Shown here piece after piece: positions 38,812 through 52,005 of a stretch of DNA of 64,000 nt. The notes under the pieces are model-generated. The model worked only from the letters and a program-made list of their open reading frames with translations, did not search any database and was not told the origin of the DNA. The position numbers were made by a program, and so were the translations under genes. Source of the DNA: Tubulanus polymorphus (Eukaryota > Animalia > Nemertea); contig NC_134032.1 of NCBI RefSeq assembly GCF_964204645.1, forward strand, positions 11,768,275 to 11,832,274, given 5' to 3'. The stretch's first letter is position 1, and every line of letters begins with the position of its first letter.

Positions 38812-39040
38812 GAGTACAATAACTACACTCAGATGTGGTGAACTGATGATAAGATAAAAAACCCATTTCGTACAAATTAAAAGAATTTCAAACCCGAGAA
38901 TTTATTTTTTCAAAAAATTCAAAATACACGACATTTCGATCTCACACCTGACGATGATCTCTTGGGTGAGATCGAAACATCGTGTCTTTTGAATTTCTGG
39001 AAAATTCTTCTAATTTGTACATAGTGGGTTTTTAGCTTTT
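38812..39040. mobile_element. Palindromic Penelope-like insertion with 13-bp TSD
   Basis: TSD catctgctcagaa at 38799-38811 and 39041-39053; inverted arms aaaaaccca..gtacaaatta...tttcgatctcac / gtgagatcgaaa...taatttgtac..tgggttttt. Confidence 0.75.
38944..38985 (+). ncRNA. Minimal type I hammerhead ribozyme motif
   Basis: ACAC-CUGACGA-U-GAUCUC(uugggu)GAGAUC-GAAA-CAUC-GUGU: stem I ACAC/GUGU, 6-bp stem II, UC cleavage site. Confidence 0.65.
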
Positions 39041-39454
39041 CATCTGCTCAGAATTTTCATTGATTGCGTTTCTGGTTGTCTGTCGACGATGCCGCCGGTG
39101 TATAGTTCATCCTATTACAACTGCTTTGCACTACACGCGAATACGTATTGATAGTTTTTTTTTCGAAAGAGAGAGCGTAATTAGTTATTCGCGGTTTAAA
39201 GATTTATATCTCGTCCGGATCAAGCCGCCAGATCTAATACCGTCTCCTCGGAGAGTTGAATTTATTATCGTAATCCGCTAGGGATTAATTGGATTAAAAT
39301 TCCTTCGTCGCTGAATCATAGCTGCTGTTTTTCGTCACGGAATTTATCGCTTGAATGGAAGAACCGCCGAAATAGAAACTCCGTCACTGTCGGGTTTCAA
39401 ACTATCTTGATATTGTCGGTAGTGAAGAGCACAAGAGAAGAACCTAACAAAGAA

Positions 39455-40010
39455 ACTCTGTCACAGTCAGGATTCAAACCATGAAATATTGTCAGGGTTG
39501 AAGACCTCAGGAGAAGAACCACAGAACCAATACCAACCACCAATATTGTTAGGGGTGGAGAGCTCAGACTCACTGAATCGAAACAAACTGTCACTGTCAG
39601 GATTCAAACTATCAACATTGTCAGGGTTGGATTGCTTGAACCACAGAACGAAGTTAGTCTCTGTCAGGATTCAAACTTATCAATATTGTCAGGGTTGGAT
39701 TGCTTGAACCACAGAACGAAGTTGGTCTCTGTCAGGATTCAAACTATCAATATTGTCAGGGTTGTATTGCTTGAACCACAGAATGAAGTTGGTCTCTGTC
39801 AGGATTCAAACTTATCAATATTGTCAGGGTTGGATTGCTTGAACCACAGAATGAAGTTGGTCTCTGTCAGGATTCAAACTATCAATATTGTTATGGGTGG
39901 AGAGCTCAGACTCACTGAATCGAAACAAACTCAGTCACTGTCAGGATTCAAACTATCAATTTTGTCAGGGTTGGATTGCTTGAAGCTCAGAATGAAGTTG
40001 GTCTCTATCT
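39455..40010. repeat. ~65-bp minisatellite
   Basis: tgtcaggattcaaactatcaatattgtcagggttggattgcttgaaccacagaatgaagttggtctc. Confidence 0.88.
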
Positions 40011-40600
40011 CAACATTTTTGGGGTTTGAGAGCTCAGAGTGAACCTCTATAACAACATCCACCATATCATTGACCGGCATGTGTCATACATGTATCTGGG
40101 ATCAATTTGCCGGTAAGAAGAGGAACAGATTTGTCACCGCCACTACGGCTATAGATTTTAAGTATCGGATTTCTGAACTCGACCGTCGAGTGATGTTGAA
40201 ATCTTGATATCCCTGATGTTAGTATTTCATATTTTCTACCGATATCTCGCGCACGCGGTAAACGTCGCATTTTCTCGAGCGATATCTATTTCTCATAGAT
40301 AGAGATATATCAGTTTTCGATAAAACTTGTAGAACTCGACGTGGAATTTCATCCGCGGTTTATCGTTTTTCGTAATCTGCATTATGTATAGATTAACTAT
40401 ATCGAGGATCGCGACTCGTTTTCACTGGTCTCTTAAAACAGTACATCGGGTTAAAGATGTGGTCGCTAAACCTAGCTCACAGGGTTTAACTTAAGATTGT
40501 CGTGGCTTAAACTTACGACCAGTCGAGACATCTTAGTAACAACTTAAGATCAGTTTTAAGATTTGAGACCACTTTTGAACCTAAGTCTCAACTTGTAGGA

Positions 40601-40905
40601 CCTGGCCCCTGTGAAGTTAAAGGTAAAACTGGTTGTAAGACCTGGCCCCTGTGCAGTTAAAGATAACATACCTGGTAAAACCTGGTCTCTGTGAGGTTAA
40701 AGGTAAAACTGGTTGTAAGTCCTGGCCCCTTTGAGGTTAAAGGTAACATTGGTTGTAAAACCAGGCCTCTGTGAGGTTAAAGGTAACATTGGTTGTAAAA
40801 CCAGGCCTCTGTGAGGTTAAAGGTAACATTGGTTGTAAAACCTGGCCCCTGTGAGGTTAAAGGTAACATTGGTTGTAAAACCAGGCCTCTGTGAGGTTAA
40901 AGGCG
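40601..40905. repeat. 40-bp minisatellite starting at a MITE terminus
   Basis: cctggcccctgtgaggttaaaggtaacattggttgtaaaa x~7.5. Confidence 0.9.
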
Positions 40906-42039
40906 AAACTGATAAAAACTATGATGATGTTCTCAGTCGATGCTGTGAGTGTTTTATCCAGAATATCCCCCTGCAGCATCCCAGTTACATCTAAATCATC
41001 GCATTCTGCATTATCCATCTGTTTAATTTGTGATCCATCCAGAAGCGGGGATCAGTTCCCGCGGACAGTTCGACGACTCACTGGCGACGTTCGCGACGCG
41101 GCAACAAACAAACTCGTTATCTCCGCAGTAACCGGTATAATAGGTCACACGGAGGTTCAACTCGCGTGAGCGCCGGAGTAAATCGCGCGGAAAATTATCC
41201 GAGTCGTCGGAGAAAATAATCGTAAAATAAATCGCTCGGTTCGATTGAGTCGAACGTGGCGTGTCGTGTCCTCGCATGCCGCAGGTGGTTTTTAGTAGAC
41301 TCGCCTGCCAGGGCTGCTACTAGTTTGAAGCGATACATGGGCAATTCATCTAAAAGCGATCACATGGAGATGAGTTGGATCGAGTCAAATAGACACGCAC
41401 GAGGCCTGGGTCAGATTTGGCCCTTGGTTGATATAGGAGAGCAAAAATTTGATACAGGCCTGGTGCGATGTTTTTGGTTCGGCCAAATTTGGCATGGGAC
41501 CCATTAAGCACCGTTGTGAACGGTTGGCCTGGGCCTAATCTGGCCTAGGCATAATTTGGCCCAGTTGAAACTTTTGCGTGACCATGGCTTTATGATTAAC
41601 TACCGGGTATATGTCAATAATGCTGAGAATGACCCTTTAACTTCTTGAAAAACTATCAGGAATTTTCTCCCGGAATATTTCGTATCGAATTGAGACGCCG
41701 GATCATTTTCTATTTGTCCGAGGGTTGATTATTATTTCATAGCCGGCATTCGTTCTTGGAATTTTTTCACCGTACCTACGCGATTAATAATTCTAGACAG
41801 CACTTTTTTTGCGCCGGTGTTTTTTCTCGGGGTCCCCTGTCATCGCCGGTTCGGATGTTCTCAAATTGGCTCCGGTCGCCGGAGAATCCTCGACCGGAAC
41901 GGAATGAGAAACGTATCATGCATGTATCTCTTTTATTCTGCTATCTTCATTGTCTCCAAGGATATTAACTCAATATAGATATATACATTGCGCAAAGCGG
42001 AGATATATTTGTATATGTCGTAAGTTCAATTGGCCATCA

Positions 42040-42500
42040 GCTAGAACTGTGGCAGTCCAGGATTCCATTTCTGGCGAAAAAGTGAGGGTCCACCTGATGT
42101 GCTAGACTGTGCAGTAGGACATCAACAACTGCGGTAGAAGAGGGTTCCACTGGTGGCAAGTGAGGATCCACCAGGGTGCTAGTGTGTAGTAGAACATCAA
42201 CTACTGCAGCAATAGAGGATTCCACTTGTGGCAAGTGAGGATCAACCAGGTGCGCTAGTGTGTAGTAGGACGTCAACTACTGCAGCAATAAAGGATTCCA
42301 CTTGTGGCAAATGAGGATCCACCAGGGTGCTAGTGTGTAGTAGAACATCAACTACTGCAGCAATAGAGGATTCCACTTGTGGCAAGTGAGGATCCACCAG
42401 GTGTGCTAATGTGTAGTAGGACGTCAACTACTGCAGCAATAAAGGATTCCACTTGTGGCAAGTGAGGATCCACCAGGGGCGCTAGTGTGCAGTAGGACAT
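42040..42500 (-). repeat. Same minisatellite family, reverse orientation
   Basis: gaggattccacttgtggcaagtgaggatccaccagg..gctagtgtgtagtag repeated ~6x. Confidence 0.85.
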
Positions 42501-42934
42501 CCCAATGTAACTAGTGAGGATGGGCCAGGTATGCAGTTCGACACCCATTGTTTGTTAGTTACGCCATCTAGTGGGTGAACAAGCTTAAAATTTGAATGAC
42601 AAGAAAACTTTCCTCAATCTGCCCTGTCTGTCGGTGTCCTGTCTCTAGGGTGCTGCATTAACTGTGTCATCACAGGTTGGTTACTCAATCGTGTTGCTAT
42701 AGAGACTCGTTGTGTGAATCGATTTAATGACGTTGACGCCGATTGTTCGCAACAATCAAATTGACCGCATTACCGTGGCAACCGGTTACCGGTTCGTACA
42801 ATAGCCAGTAATCAGTGACGAAACATCCGATCAGATGGATCGATGGAGGACTGGCTGATGAAGCCGGAAGGGACGATTAGATGGATCAACTACTGACGAA
42901 CAGGTTGAGCCAAAAGGGACTGGCAGACTGGCTT

Positions 42935-43230
42935 AAAACTGATCAGCAGACTGACCTAGAACTGACCAGTTTCGTGACGGAACTGTCCAACAGACTGATA
43001 TAGAACTGACCAGCAGATTGGCATAGAACTGATCAGCAGACTGACCGAGAACTGACCAGCAGACTGACATAGAATTGACCAGCAGACTCAACTAGAACTG
43101 ACCAGCAGATTGACCTTGAAATGACCAGCAGACCGACTTCGAACTCATCAGTAGATGGAGCTAAAACTGACCAGCAGACTGACCTAGAACTGACCAGCAG
43201 ACTGACCTCGAATTCATCAGTGGATGACCA
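42935..43230. repeat. ~22-bp degenerate minisatellite
   Basis: aactgaccagcagactgacctag. Confidence 0.8.
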
Positions 43231-46200
43231 GCATATTGACAGACGACTGGTAGCAGACAGACTCATGAGGTGAATAGACACCTCGATTTCTCCGAGGATC
43301 GAATGTTGTGACGCTCTGAACCGATACAACAAATATTGGCATTGCGAAAAAAAACCAGCGAGCAGCGTCAACAATCATCGCCACGATGACCAGAATGAGA
43401 AATATTTCCCCGATCGACGTTATTTACGGATCGGATGGGTTTTTTTTTGTTGTTGTTTTTTATCGAAAAATTGCGCGCGGAGAATTAATAATTCACCGAC
43501 AGTAACAACAGTAGGAATATCCATCATTCTACTCTCCTTCTCTATCTTGACTTTTCCTATCGCTCTATCCATCTGCTCCCTTTGTCTCGCGTACTTCCCC
43601 CTTTTTCTCATCTTTCCCCGTCTCTTTTTACCTCCTGACCTATATCCACTCCCTGTCACCTTTATCAGTCTGTTTCAGCTTGCCCCATTGTCGCGCCATA
43701 TTCTCCCGCTCTCTTTTCTCTCGAAATAACGAACAATTGAGCCTATTATCCTTGCTATGTGAGATTTCCAGCGAACGGACACAATTGCCCCTCCCTCCCT
43801 ATTCCACCCTCCCCCTTCCCCCCTGGTCGTTTCATTTACATCTTTATATACACGAATATATAGCGTCTGATTGTAATCGCTGCCGGAACAAAGAGACATA
43901 TACACTTCATACATAGAAACTACGGGCTAAGTAGGCAAAAAAAAAGCGAGCGCGCAACAACGGCGTTGACTGAAATGGTTGTTGACAGCGCTGATAATTT
44001 CTAAATGGACCCCGAAACTCGTAGACGAACTAGAAATCGCTTTCCGACACGGGCGCGGCGTAAACATACGTGACATCGGCGCGAATGGCGATCGCGAGGA
44101 AGACTTTGCTTCGCACCGGGCGGTGGTGGTTTATACCGGTGAAAAATTGTGAAGAAATCGACATCTGCTTGAAAAGTTATGAAAAAAAAAAATAAAGATT
44201 TGAAAAATTGGGGAAAAATCATTGAAATGTAGGAAAAATTTGTTGTTGAATATTTAAATCGCCTTTTTATATACCGTGGAGCTGAGAATTTATGCACAAG
44301 CTGTGTAGATGTTTAAGCAATTTTTTGTTTTACTTGTGATCGGTAACTGCTTATGTTATTGTTACTTGATGTCTGAAAAATGTGAAAAATTATGTTAAAA
44401 AAATGTTATATCGATAAAAATGTGAATATTCCATCAATCTGACAGTGAATAGTTGAGACGTATCAAAGTCTCTATAAAATAGGGCTTACGAACGAACAAC
44501 GTTTTCAAAATTACGATCAGTTTTTCATTCTATTCTTTCGCGTAATTACAATCGACAATTCCGAATTTCAATCTCGACCGTTGAACCGTGCGGCTTTACA
44601 CGGATCATCGACGACGAACTGACGTGTTTCGAATTCGCGAATTTCACGGCAACGACGAGATTTGTCGCACACGTCGAAAGACGACGACGACATTGTCACA
44701 GATTGATGTAACCGTAGGATTAGTTACACAACGCGGCGCGCGGTTCCGCGCTACATCATATCTTAAAAACGATAACATCTTCACCCGAGATGAAGTCATC
44801 GTCGTCGTCTTCGTCGCGTCGGGGATGCTGAGCGTGGTTACCGATGCTGAAATGATGAATTCGCCGCGCGTAACGTTAAAATAACCCGGCTACCGATCGG
44901 GCCGCCGATCACAGGCCGCCAATCGCACGCGTTACTGATCGATTCAGATAACCGGAGATGACGGTGATCGATGCGATACCCCGCCTCTTAAAACATGGCC
45001 GCTTCCATAAATTCCCCTATGACAAATTGAGATGCGACGATACAGAGACTATTCCGAAAAAGATGTCCGTCTCCGTAAATCCTCCTATGATGTCATCAAA
45101 TTGATGCGGGAATTAAGACCTTTCCAAAAAGATGGCTGCTTCCACAGATTCCCCTATGACGATTTGGCGCGGAGACTACACGGTGATACAGAGACTATTC
45201 CAGAAACAATGTCCGCCTCCGTAAATCCCCCTATGATGTCATCAAATTGATGCGAAAAAATGAAACGATGACTGCTCCTATGAATCTCTTTCTATTCAAA
45301 TCACACACAGACATGGTGTGTTCTATAATTAAGGACAGATTCTGCAGTTTTCGGGTTTTCTGGTTTTCTTTTTGGTTGATCTCGATTCTGTCCACGCTAA
45401 AATGGAACGGACCGATTTAGAACAAATTTCGCGCTAATGCGAATGCTTTGTGCGTTGTAAATTTGATCGGACTAAATTTAGAAGTAGTTTTTCTGACCGA
45501 GATGTTGTTGTTAAGAGCGATTTAGCGCGGGGGCGACGCACTCGGTGGCAGCGTCGCTGAGTCTAAAGACAGCACCGAGATAACCCCTAAAACCATCAAC
45601 GAATGAACAATTCCCTGAGCAGCGAGACCGACGAGCGAGTCACAGAGAGAGCTGGAAAGAGAGGCGTGGAGTACGTTTAATGATACGTAGTAAAAACCAG
45701 TAACGACCGACCGCGGCGCGCGTGAACATAAATGATATTTATTTGCGTATTACGGCGCTGAATTTTACGACGTATTCTTCGAGGTTTAGAGATTTCTTCG
45801 ATTTCGTTAGCGGATATTTTACGTCTCGCTCGAACGCGTCGTAAATACCCTACCACCCCTACCACCCCAACCCTCCACCCGTCCCCCGGTTCTCGTTATG
45901 GGTACGAATCTGCCTCTGCCGGAGAGGAATTTGATTCCATAATCGAGAAGAGTCGGTCGGTTTGATTCTGTAGACTGAAAATTTGTTCATTTTTGATGTT
46001 AGATTGATGTGAAAAACGGAGGTCTGCTTGACAAATTGTGAAGGAAGTGTAAACAATTTGAAAAATCTGTGAAAAATTCTAGATAAGTGTGTATACAAAA
46101 ATATTTTGACCCCCTTTCTATGAGATGAAACCATGAAATTGAAAAGAATTTTTGTGCAAGCTGTGTTAAAGTACGAGAATTGCCTGGATCCTGAGTTCAG

Positions 46201-47089
46201 GAGTTACATATGAGTTTGATTGAAGATAGTTCTTCGAGTCTTATGGAGTCTTAAGACTTTCCATTTCTACTGAAAAGTTTAAAGGAATGGAACAAAAGGC
46301 GTTCGACTTTCAGAAGAATGGTGCAATTTTAAGAAAGATGTTTTTTCCAGCGGAAGATGAATAGCCGGGGTTGCCGCGTACTTTTCCCATCGCACGCCGT
46401 TAATAGGGATAAAGCGTTTCTGTTGCGTTCTTCATCAGAGCGAAGCTTTGAAGGGATACGCAATCCTCCTCCTCTCTGACAGCGGTGTAATATATCAATA
46501 CGCCTCCTCGCCTGCCAGTGACTGCTTCAGTTCACCACGAGTTCAGCTGCAGCTCAATAAAAACACCTGAGTGAGAAAAATTACTTTCTGTCACTGACTA
46601 GAATTCCAATAGCTCTCTTAGAGATGACTTAATCGTACTAGTAGAATTCTACCTGAGTTCGGTTGTATACTGGGTAGAGTTTGTGAAATACAGTAGACTC
46701 TGTCTCTTACTGCGGTTAAATTCTACCCCGAGTTGAAGTAAAATACTGAGTAAGAGTTTGTGAAATACAGTTGACTCTGTGTATCTTATTGCGGTAATGT
46801 TGAAAAAATTCTAAACAAATTCTAGTTGTGACTGGTAAAATTCTACCCCAACTTGGTTTCAAATAATGAGTAGAGTAAAGGGTTTTTGAAATACAGTAGA
46901 CCCAGTCTCTTACTGCGGTAAAGTTGTGACTGGTAAAATTCTACCCCGAGTTGGTGTCAAATACTGAGTACGAGTTTGTGAAATACAGCCGTCTCTGTCT
47001 CTCACTGTGGTTTAGTTGAGAGTGGTGAAATTCTACCCTAAGTTGGTGTCAAATGCTGAGTACAAGTTTGAGAAACATAGTAGACTCTG

Positions 47090-47342
47090 TGACGAGAGAA
47101 ATCCCACAATAACGAAGCCAAGATTGAAAAATTCTATAACAGAATGATTGTATTTGAGCAGCGACGTTTTGGCTAACAACTGTTAGCCATCATCAGTACG
47201 CCTGATGATGGCTAACAGTTGTTAGCCGAAACGTCGCTCCTCAAATACAATCATCCTGATAAGAATTTTTCAATCTTGGCTTCGTTATTGTGGGATTTCT
47301 CTCGTCATCATCATACACGGATATTGTGTATCTTCTTGTCTA
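47090..47342. mobile_element. Palindromic Penelope-like insertion (inverted arms 47090-47307) with head-to-head hammerhead cores
   Basis: ~107-bp inverted arms around tacgc; TSD-like agtagac(t/a)ctgt at 47079-47090 / 47343-47354. Confidence 0.78.
47200..47237 (+). ncRNA. Minimal hammerhead ribozyme core
   Basis: CUGAUGA-U-GGCUAAC(aguu)GUUAGCC-GAAA-CGUC; stem I only 2 bp because it is truncated at the inversion point. Confidence 0.6.
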
Positions 47343-48059
47343 AGTAGACACTGTCTCTTACTGCAGTAAATTTGAGACTGGTGGTAAAGTTGAGACTGGT
47401 GGTAAAGTTGAGACTGGTGGTAAAGTTGAGACGAGTTGGTGTCAAATATTGAGTGAAAGTTTGAAATACAGTAGACTCTCCCTCATACTGTGGCAAAGTT
47501 CAGAATGTACAATTCTACTACGAGATGATGCCAAATACCGTGCCAGAGTTAGGGAAATACATTAATAGACTTGGAAATAAAGATGAGACCTGTAACCGTT
47601 TTTGTATTCTAGTCACATTAGTTTGATTTGTTCTGGGGACGAGATAATTACTGTGTAAATACACTATTGTTTATTGTCTATCACTGATTGATGATAATTT
47701 GTTGAGTAAATATCGGAAAATGTGACGAGCGAGAGAAAGTGTTGAATATAGAGTTGTGTTCAGAGCACTGGACGTTATAGATAGGGTTTAGTGATAGAAA
47801 TGGATATATAAGAGAGATGAGAGATGGGAGAGTGCCGGAAAAGGAAGATAGAAAAGGAGAGAGAACGGAAGGGGTATTCGAACTTCGCCTGATGAAAAAT
47901 GCCGATTACATAAAACATAATACATAACATTCCTAGAATTCGTGAGATGATTTAATGTTTTATTTGACTTAGTAAATAGTAAAACTGCATCGTACCAGGA
48001 ATTCTAGGTATACTATGCGATATGCTTTATGCATTCAGCGATTTTCACTAGGCGAGGTA

Positions 48060-48520
48060 CGAATACCCAGAAGGGAAGGTGGTGCACTGGGGGCCAAAGG
48101 ATGGGAGCGAGGGATTGAGTGATAGTGGGCAGAGAAGAGTAGAAAGGCGAGGACACGGGGAAAACTGAGCAAGAGAGGGATAGGGTTGAGACTGAGGGAG
48201 AAAGAAGGGTGCAATAGAAAGAAACAGAGCAAAAGGGAAAGAGAGAGGCGGGTGAGTTGATGGAAGAATAAGGAAGTAGAAGTTGTCGGAGAGTAGAAGG
48301 AGAATAGAAAGAAGAGTGCGATAGAAAGAAAGAGTAAGAGCAAGAGGGTAAGACTAGGAAAGACAGGGAAGGAGTAAGAGTGAAAGGGAAAGAGTAAGAA
48401 CAAGAGAGAGAGAGAGAGAGAGAGAGGGAGTAAGAGGAGAGGGAAAGGGAAAGATAGCAAAGGGCGGATGAAAGGGAGAGAACAGAAACGAGAAAGAGCT
48501 TATAGAAGATGAGAGAGAGC
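48060..48520. repeat. Purine-rich (GA) low-complexity tract
   Basis: Almost exclusively A/G incl. (GA)n; mirror pyrimidine tracts at 15770-15900, 35605-36140, 43520-43720. Confidence 0.85.
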
Positions 48521-50856
48521 ATAATGATGATTGAAAACAATCAAGTTGATTAGGTATATCTATAGTGTTTAGGGTGGAGTCAAGTTAGTCTCGGGTTCTC
48601 ATCTTTTATTTCACGGTTTCTCGTTGTTGTTCGAAGGATTATTTTGTCGGTGTCGTTGACGACGCTTTTATGTAATAACCGTTGTTTGACCTGCGCGATT
48701 GTGCGCGCGGATTTCTGCGTTTTATATCTGAAATTTATCGCCACGGTTTTAACTCGGCGTCCATTATCGCCGAGCGGAGACGATTTATTGTCACACGCCT
48801 CTCCCGACCTCTTAATAGTATCGCACGATTTATTGAACCAGGTCCTCGGATATGAAGATGACACAGTCTGTATATCATGAAACCAGTCCCCTGGGGCATG
48901 TTTAAGTATTATTGATATAGCCCAGGGCTCAGTTTCACGAAAAAGTTTACCTCAAATTTTTGGTGTAATTTCCATTGGTTACTTCATATTTTCAATGAGG
49001 ACAACAATTCAAACTTAACTGATTTAAGCTTAAACTTTTTCTTGAAATCAGACCCGGACGATGAATCTGAGCCTTGGAGTATTCGACTTATATCTAAGCC
49101 GACATCGCACAGCGAAGATTTGGTCCAGGTCAAAGTGATACTAAATGCAATGCTCAAACAAAGCGTAGTGAGTCACTTCCGGAACCACGTGCAACTTCAA
49201 ACGCAACAATTTGACAATTTGACCCATGCTAAAATTTGGCCTGGTCCAAAGTTTTCGGTCAGGCCAAACAGGCACAGGCCCATTTGGCACCCGGGTGTGA
49301 ACAGTTGTTCCGGGCCAAAATGGCTCGTGAGAATCAATCTGAGCCACGGGTATTCAAGTGATATCTAGCCTATATATAATAACTGTGGCTAGGGGGCTTA
49401 AAAAATATCTATCACATCCAGCCCGAGGTATTTCATCGGAGAAATAGCGTGTAACACACATCTATATAGATCTAATGAGGTATGATGGTTTTTCTGATCG
49501 CGTCGTGCGCCGTGTGACAGGAAGGAAGTCGGTTCGTTTTTTTATATACGAACACGTGACTCGGTTGCCGTGTTACCGGAAGGATGCGCATTGTTGTCGT
49601 CGTCGCCGTCGACGGCGCGATTAGGCCATTGTTGACATCGTCGCGACGACCGCGTAACGGTTTATATAATTGCGAAATCGGCGACGTCGTCACGAACCGT
49701 CGGGCGACGCACGCGATCCTCGTCGCGTTACGGGAAATGAGCTCGATCGGGGTCCGCGGCTGTAGTCGGCGTTTCTTCATTAGTCTGAACCCGAGACAGC
49801 GAGGTCGCTGACCCTGAAAAAACTCTCGGAATCAGAAATAATGTCCAAGAAAAAATCTGCGAAAACACGATGATTTTGTTAAGGGGGGTGAAGTGGCCAC
49901 GCTGTTAGACCACAGTTTTCATTTTCAGTATTTATGTTCTGATCAGGCCTACACATATTTAGTGGAGGGGGATACAAGGGGATAAATACAATACATGTGC
50001 TTACTTTAACAGCGCTAATGTTTCTTGGATGTGTGATGAATTCGAATGGATTTTATTTTGATTACCCATCACGAGGTGGACTGTAAAATGTTTCCCTTCA
50101 TCCTCGTAAAACCGCTGCCCTGTGAAATCCTCGATCCACCCCCCCCCCCTGAAACTTAGTATCGAATAGAAAACTGTAAGCACATAAAATGAACTCATTC
50201 CCACAAACCTACGGGTAACCAATCAGCTTGTGCATTGAGATCACATGATTTAGAAATGCGACCGCTGATGAGAATGTGGTTCCATTGATGGAATTATTTT
50301 TTTTCTCGTTTTTGTCTCCGGGGCGGATCACATTGTCGTGGGTGTCCTCGACCGCTTAAGTCCGGTCGTGGTCTCGCCTCGGGTACTGATGTCACGCGAT
50401 AGTTCCCGCGGTCGACGGCTTTGATATCGCGGCCACGACGACGCGGGACGTCGCAAAAATTTCGCGCTTTACGAGACGACGATGGGGAAAAAAACGCGAA
50501 AGAAAATGAAAATGACGGATAATTGTAACCGTCGGGCGAGAGAGGGAGAGACCGCCGCGTGATTGGATAAGTTACAAACCGACGAGTAATTTACTCGTGA
50601 GTTACACGCGAGTAATTATCCATCGACGAGTAATTAGATGAAGTTCGTTAACCGACGCTTGCGTGCCAGGGGTCATTCAATTCGGCTGACCGGCCAGTTC
50701 TGTAATTCGATGGCTATAAGATTACCCATCTCATTTGATTACTGACTCATTAAAAGTTCGTCCTCGCTCAGCTGGGGAGATTCACAGTGATAGATCAATA
50801 GATAGGTGATATATTGGGGGGGCAGCCTGATGGTTCCTGACTTGCCAGGAGCCTAT

Positions 50857-51210
50857 ATTGCTGCAGTAGTTGATGTCCTACTGCACACTAGCGACACCTA
50901 GTAGATCCTCACTTGCCACAAATGGATCACCTATTACCACAGTAGACTACTAAGTAAGGATCCTCACTTGTCACGAGTGGAATCCTCTTGTCGCATTAGT
51001 TGATGTCCTAATGCTCACTAGCGACACCTGGTGGATCCTCACTTGCCACAAGTGGAATCCTCCATTACCACAGTAATTGATGGCCTACTACTGCACACTA
51101 GCACACCTGGTGGATCCTCATCGCAGTAGTTGCCACAGTTAGAATCCTCTATTGTCGCAGTAGCTTTTCCTAATGCACATAAGCGACACCTAGTGGATCT
51201 TCACTTACCA
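50857..51210. repeat. Same minisatellite family, third array
   Basis: gcagtagttgatgtcctactgcacactagcgacacct(g)gtggatcctcacttgccaca. Confidence 0.8.
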
Positions 51211-51729
51211 CGCTGCCGCAGAAGCTTCTTCAGTTCTGGTTCGCGTTTGAATCGCAAACTGAGCACCGATGGCTCTTTTCCTCGAAAATTCTTAGAAAAA
51301 CCGACGAGACAAACTGAACAAGAAAGACTTCACGAGAGAGAGATTTCTCATTGAGAAATGAAGAGCCCTTCTGTACGCCGATAACGAGCGGGTTGTTATT
51401 ATTATAACGATGAGAAAAACTAACTAATGAAACTTCGCACAGACTATATGTCGGTTGCCACGACGATAACCGTCGCTGCTCAGTTTAAATTTCGGTTTTA
51501 TTAAATTCGTTAAGTGGCACGTTTAACGACAGCAGACGGATTGTAATTAATTTGATTTTTACCGCGTTTGGGCGAAGACGATCAATAATATCGTTATAGT
51601 GTGATTATGATTGCCATTTAATGATGTCTCAGTAATTAATTTCTAGTAACTGGGGGAGTAGAGGGAGAGGGGAGGGGGGGTAATGACTCAGCCAGTCGCA
51701 TGAACTATAGTGCGACTGGTGGGAAACTT

Positions 51730-52005
51730 CTCTTTGGTCCATATATGAGATATCCTAGCTATTCGACCAATCAGTAATGGTCTTCTTTATTTTTGTTGAA
51801 TATCTCTGATTGGTTCATATATGAGGTATCCTGGCTATTCGGCCAATCAGTAATGGTCTTCTATATTTTTCTTTAAAGAGCTCTGATTGGTTCATATTAT
51901 GAGTTATCCCAGCCATTCAGCCAGTCATTAATGGTCTTCTATATTTTTGTTAAAAGACCTCTGATTGGTCCTTTTACGAGATACCCTAAGAAATTGACCA
52001 ATCAA
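51730..52005. repeat. ~75-bp tandem repeat carrying CCAAT boxes
   Basis: ctctgattggttcatatatgag.tatcc..gctattcggccaatcagtaatggtcttct x~3.5. Confidence 0.8.

Larger units (their letters stand above)
46640..47560. repeat. ~75-90-bp degenerate tandem repeat, interrupted at 47091-47342
   Basis: ttctaccccgagttggtgtcaaatactgagtagagtttgtgaaatacagtagactctgtctcttactgcggt. Confidence 0.8.

Noticed and set aside
46413-46440. Minus-strand CTGATGA...GAAA
   Set aside because: No stem II pairing
48013-48540. 175/141-aa Ser/Leu/Phe-rich ORFs (also 35760-36171, 15691-16004)
   Set aside because: Arise from purine/pyrimidine low-complexity tracts
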